Shown piece by piece: positions 55,414 through 56,851 of a DNA stretch of 56,851 bases. The first letter of the stretch is position 1. Each line of letters starts with the position of its first letter. The notes under the pieces are model-generated. The model had not been told where the DNA came from. It did no database searches and saw only the letters and a program-made list of their open reading frames with translations. This DNA comes from an uncultured virus (IMG/VR IMGVR_UViG_3300023105_001655) (lineage: Duplodnaviria; Heunggongvirae; Uroviricota; Caudoviricetes): the IMG/VR virus record IMGVR_UViG_3300023105_001655. The stretch is one strand, 5' to 3'. A program made the translations under genes and the position numbers.

Positions 55414-55689
55414 AGTAAAAACTTTGTTGAAATTGACGCAGACCCTTGGTTGACTGCCGAGGGCAATATCGCAACCGAAGTGTACTTTGGGACGGCTTGT
55501 GAAGCGGCTTATACCAAATCCGTGACACTAAAAGATTTAATCGACAAGGAACTGGAATCTTTTATCAGTCCCAGAACTCTTAAAATCGATGAGTATCACG
55601 CCGATGATACAAAAAACCTTATTAAATCTTTAAAAAGTGCTGTTAAGTATGCTGAGAAACGTGCGAAGGAACTGGGCTATGAAAAATAG
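55411..55689 (+). CDS. Hypothetical protein
   Basis: Clean ORF in the operon. Confidence 0.65.
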   Translation: MSKNFVEIDADPWLTAEGNIATEVYFGTACEAAYTKSVTLKDLIDKELESFISPRTLKIDEYHADDTKNLIKSLKSAVKYAEKRAKELGYEK

Positions 55690-55957
55690 ATATGGTGATG
55701 AGTATCATTGGGAAAAACTCAATGACAAAGAATACCAGTTTCACATGACTGGTACTTCAATGAACCACTGTCGTTTTGGTGGTAAAAAGGGTCAGGAAGG
55801 CCTTGATCCGAATGATCTCGGTATGTTTGACCCCAGCGGCGGCCCGTATGTTGCAGTTGGTTCTAAGATTTACTTTGATGAGAAAGGTGATGAACCTTTG
55901 ATTGTGGAACGTATTCGTAGTACCGATGAAGGTATCTTCGTAGAGGTGAAGTTATGA
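55679..55957 (+). CDS. Hypothetical protein
   Basis: MKNRYG...R.G...DPSGGPY..VG motif. Confidence 0.65.
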   Translation: MKNRYGDEYHWEKLNDKEYQFHMTGTSMNHCRFGGKKGQEGLDPNDLGMFDPSGGPYVAVGSKIYFDEKGDEPLIVERIRSTDEGIFVEVKL

Positions 55958-56208
55958 GTCAGTCAATATTCGATCTAGAACAACAAATAATGGAATGCTG
56001 GAATGTTACCAGAGACATTGAGTTGGTAACACAACATCTCGTAGATCATTCAGATGGATATAGTGATGATGATATCATGAACAAATACATGGCTATCAAG
56101 GATTTATATGAGATCAAATTTGATGCTATGTGGAGAACATTTGAGACCGTCTGCGAGGAATATCATGAAGGACAACGTAAAGCGAGCGCTGTACGAAGCA
56201 ACGACTGA
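55954..56208 (+). CDS. Hypothetical protein
   Basis: FDLEQQIM.CW.VT.D...LY..KF..MW.TFE motif; GAGG SD. Confidence 0.65.
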   Translation: MSQSIFDLEQQIMECWNVTRDIELVTQHLVDHSDGYSDDDIMNKYMAIKDLYEIKFDAMWRTFETVCEEYHEGQRKASAVRSND

Positions 56209-56392
56209 TACGGGAATTGCCGCAATGGTAAACATTCCGTTGAACTTTGTCCTATTGTATGTGTGCATTGATCTGTACAATCTGCCAACCGTGTGGACTT
56301 CTGTGATTATGACAACACTATTCACAATGTATGCCATAACGAGAAAAACATTTATCAGACTTTATTTCCAAAGGAAACACGATGTCCTATGA
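56165..56392 (+). CDS. Small two-TM membrane protein
   Basis: GAGG SD before ATG 56165; two hydrophobic helices, then R...IR..F. Confidence 0.6.
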   Translation: MKDNVKRALYEATTDTGIAAMVNIPLNFVLLYVCIDLYNLPTVWTSVIMTTLFTMYAITRKTFIRLYFQRKHDVL

Positions 56393-56851
56393 TCAAAGCA
56401 TAGGTGATAATCATAGAAGAGTCGCATGGTATAAAGAACATTTCACTGGATTTGACGTTATCGTTGAATTGGGAGTTGCCACGGGATATACTTCCAAGGT
56501 TCTTATTGAGTGCGCCAGAAAGAAAGTTTACGGTGTAGACTTCTCCCCTGATTTAGATGTTGAACATTTATATTCTTATGCTTCAGAACGTGGAATAGAA
56601 TATGAGTTTATAAACAAAGGCACTGAAAACACTAATCCCATTGAATGTGATGTGCTGTATATAGATGCTGATCACACAGAAGAAGCCGCATATTCAGATT
56701 TAACTCGCTTTGCCCCTAAGACAAAAACGTATATAGGATTACATGACACCAGCCCCGCATTGAGAAACATGGGATTTGGTGTAGACTTAGCAATAATCAG
56801 ATTCCTAAAAGAGAATCCACAATGGGAAATATTTTATGAAGACACAAAAAC
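56382..56851 (+). CDS. Class I SAM methyltransferase (Methyltransf_24-like), 3' truncated
   Basis: AAGGA SD, ATG 56382, VELGVATGYTS, YIDADH and LHDT; open to the window end, so absent from the ORF track. Confidence 0.75.
   Translation, partial: MSYDQSIGDNHRRVAWYKEHFTGFDVIVELGVATGYTSKVLIECARKKVYGVDFSPDLDVEHLYSYASERGIEYEFINKGTENTNPIECDVLYIDADHTEEAAYSDLTRFAPKTKTYIGLHDTSPALRNMGFGVDLAIIRFLKENPQWEIFYEDTK

Overview
Window from a T4-like (Tevenvirinae/Kyanoviridae-style) myovirus genome, probably infecting a Gram-negative heterotroph (spanins, TonB receptor, IHF-like sites, no photosynthesis genes). Essentially all genes lie on the + strand. It holds the replication core (gp45, gp44, gp62, regA, gp43, uvsX, gp41, gp61, rnh), nucleotide metabolism (thyX, nrdA/nrdB, glutaredoxin, dCMP deaminase), a split lysis set, a late block of probable capsid-packaged proteins, tRNA-Arg(UCU), auxiliary genes (cobS-like ATPase, peroxiredoxin, hsp20, psiE, BtuB-like TonB receptor) and about 15 scattered modification-type enzymes. 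The most striking unexplained structure is regulatory. Three early promoters carry IHF-consensus boxes and lead into (GA)n ribosome-binding regions, and these are complementary to the 21-nt CU-rich loop of a terminator hairpin at 2222-2272, a candidate antisense RNA switch. There is also a ROSE-like thermometer before hsp20, and at least five genes appear leaderless. All calls come from motif recognition by eye; no database searches were run.
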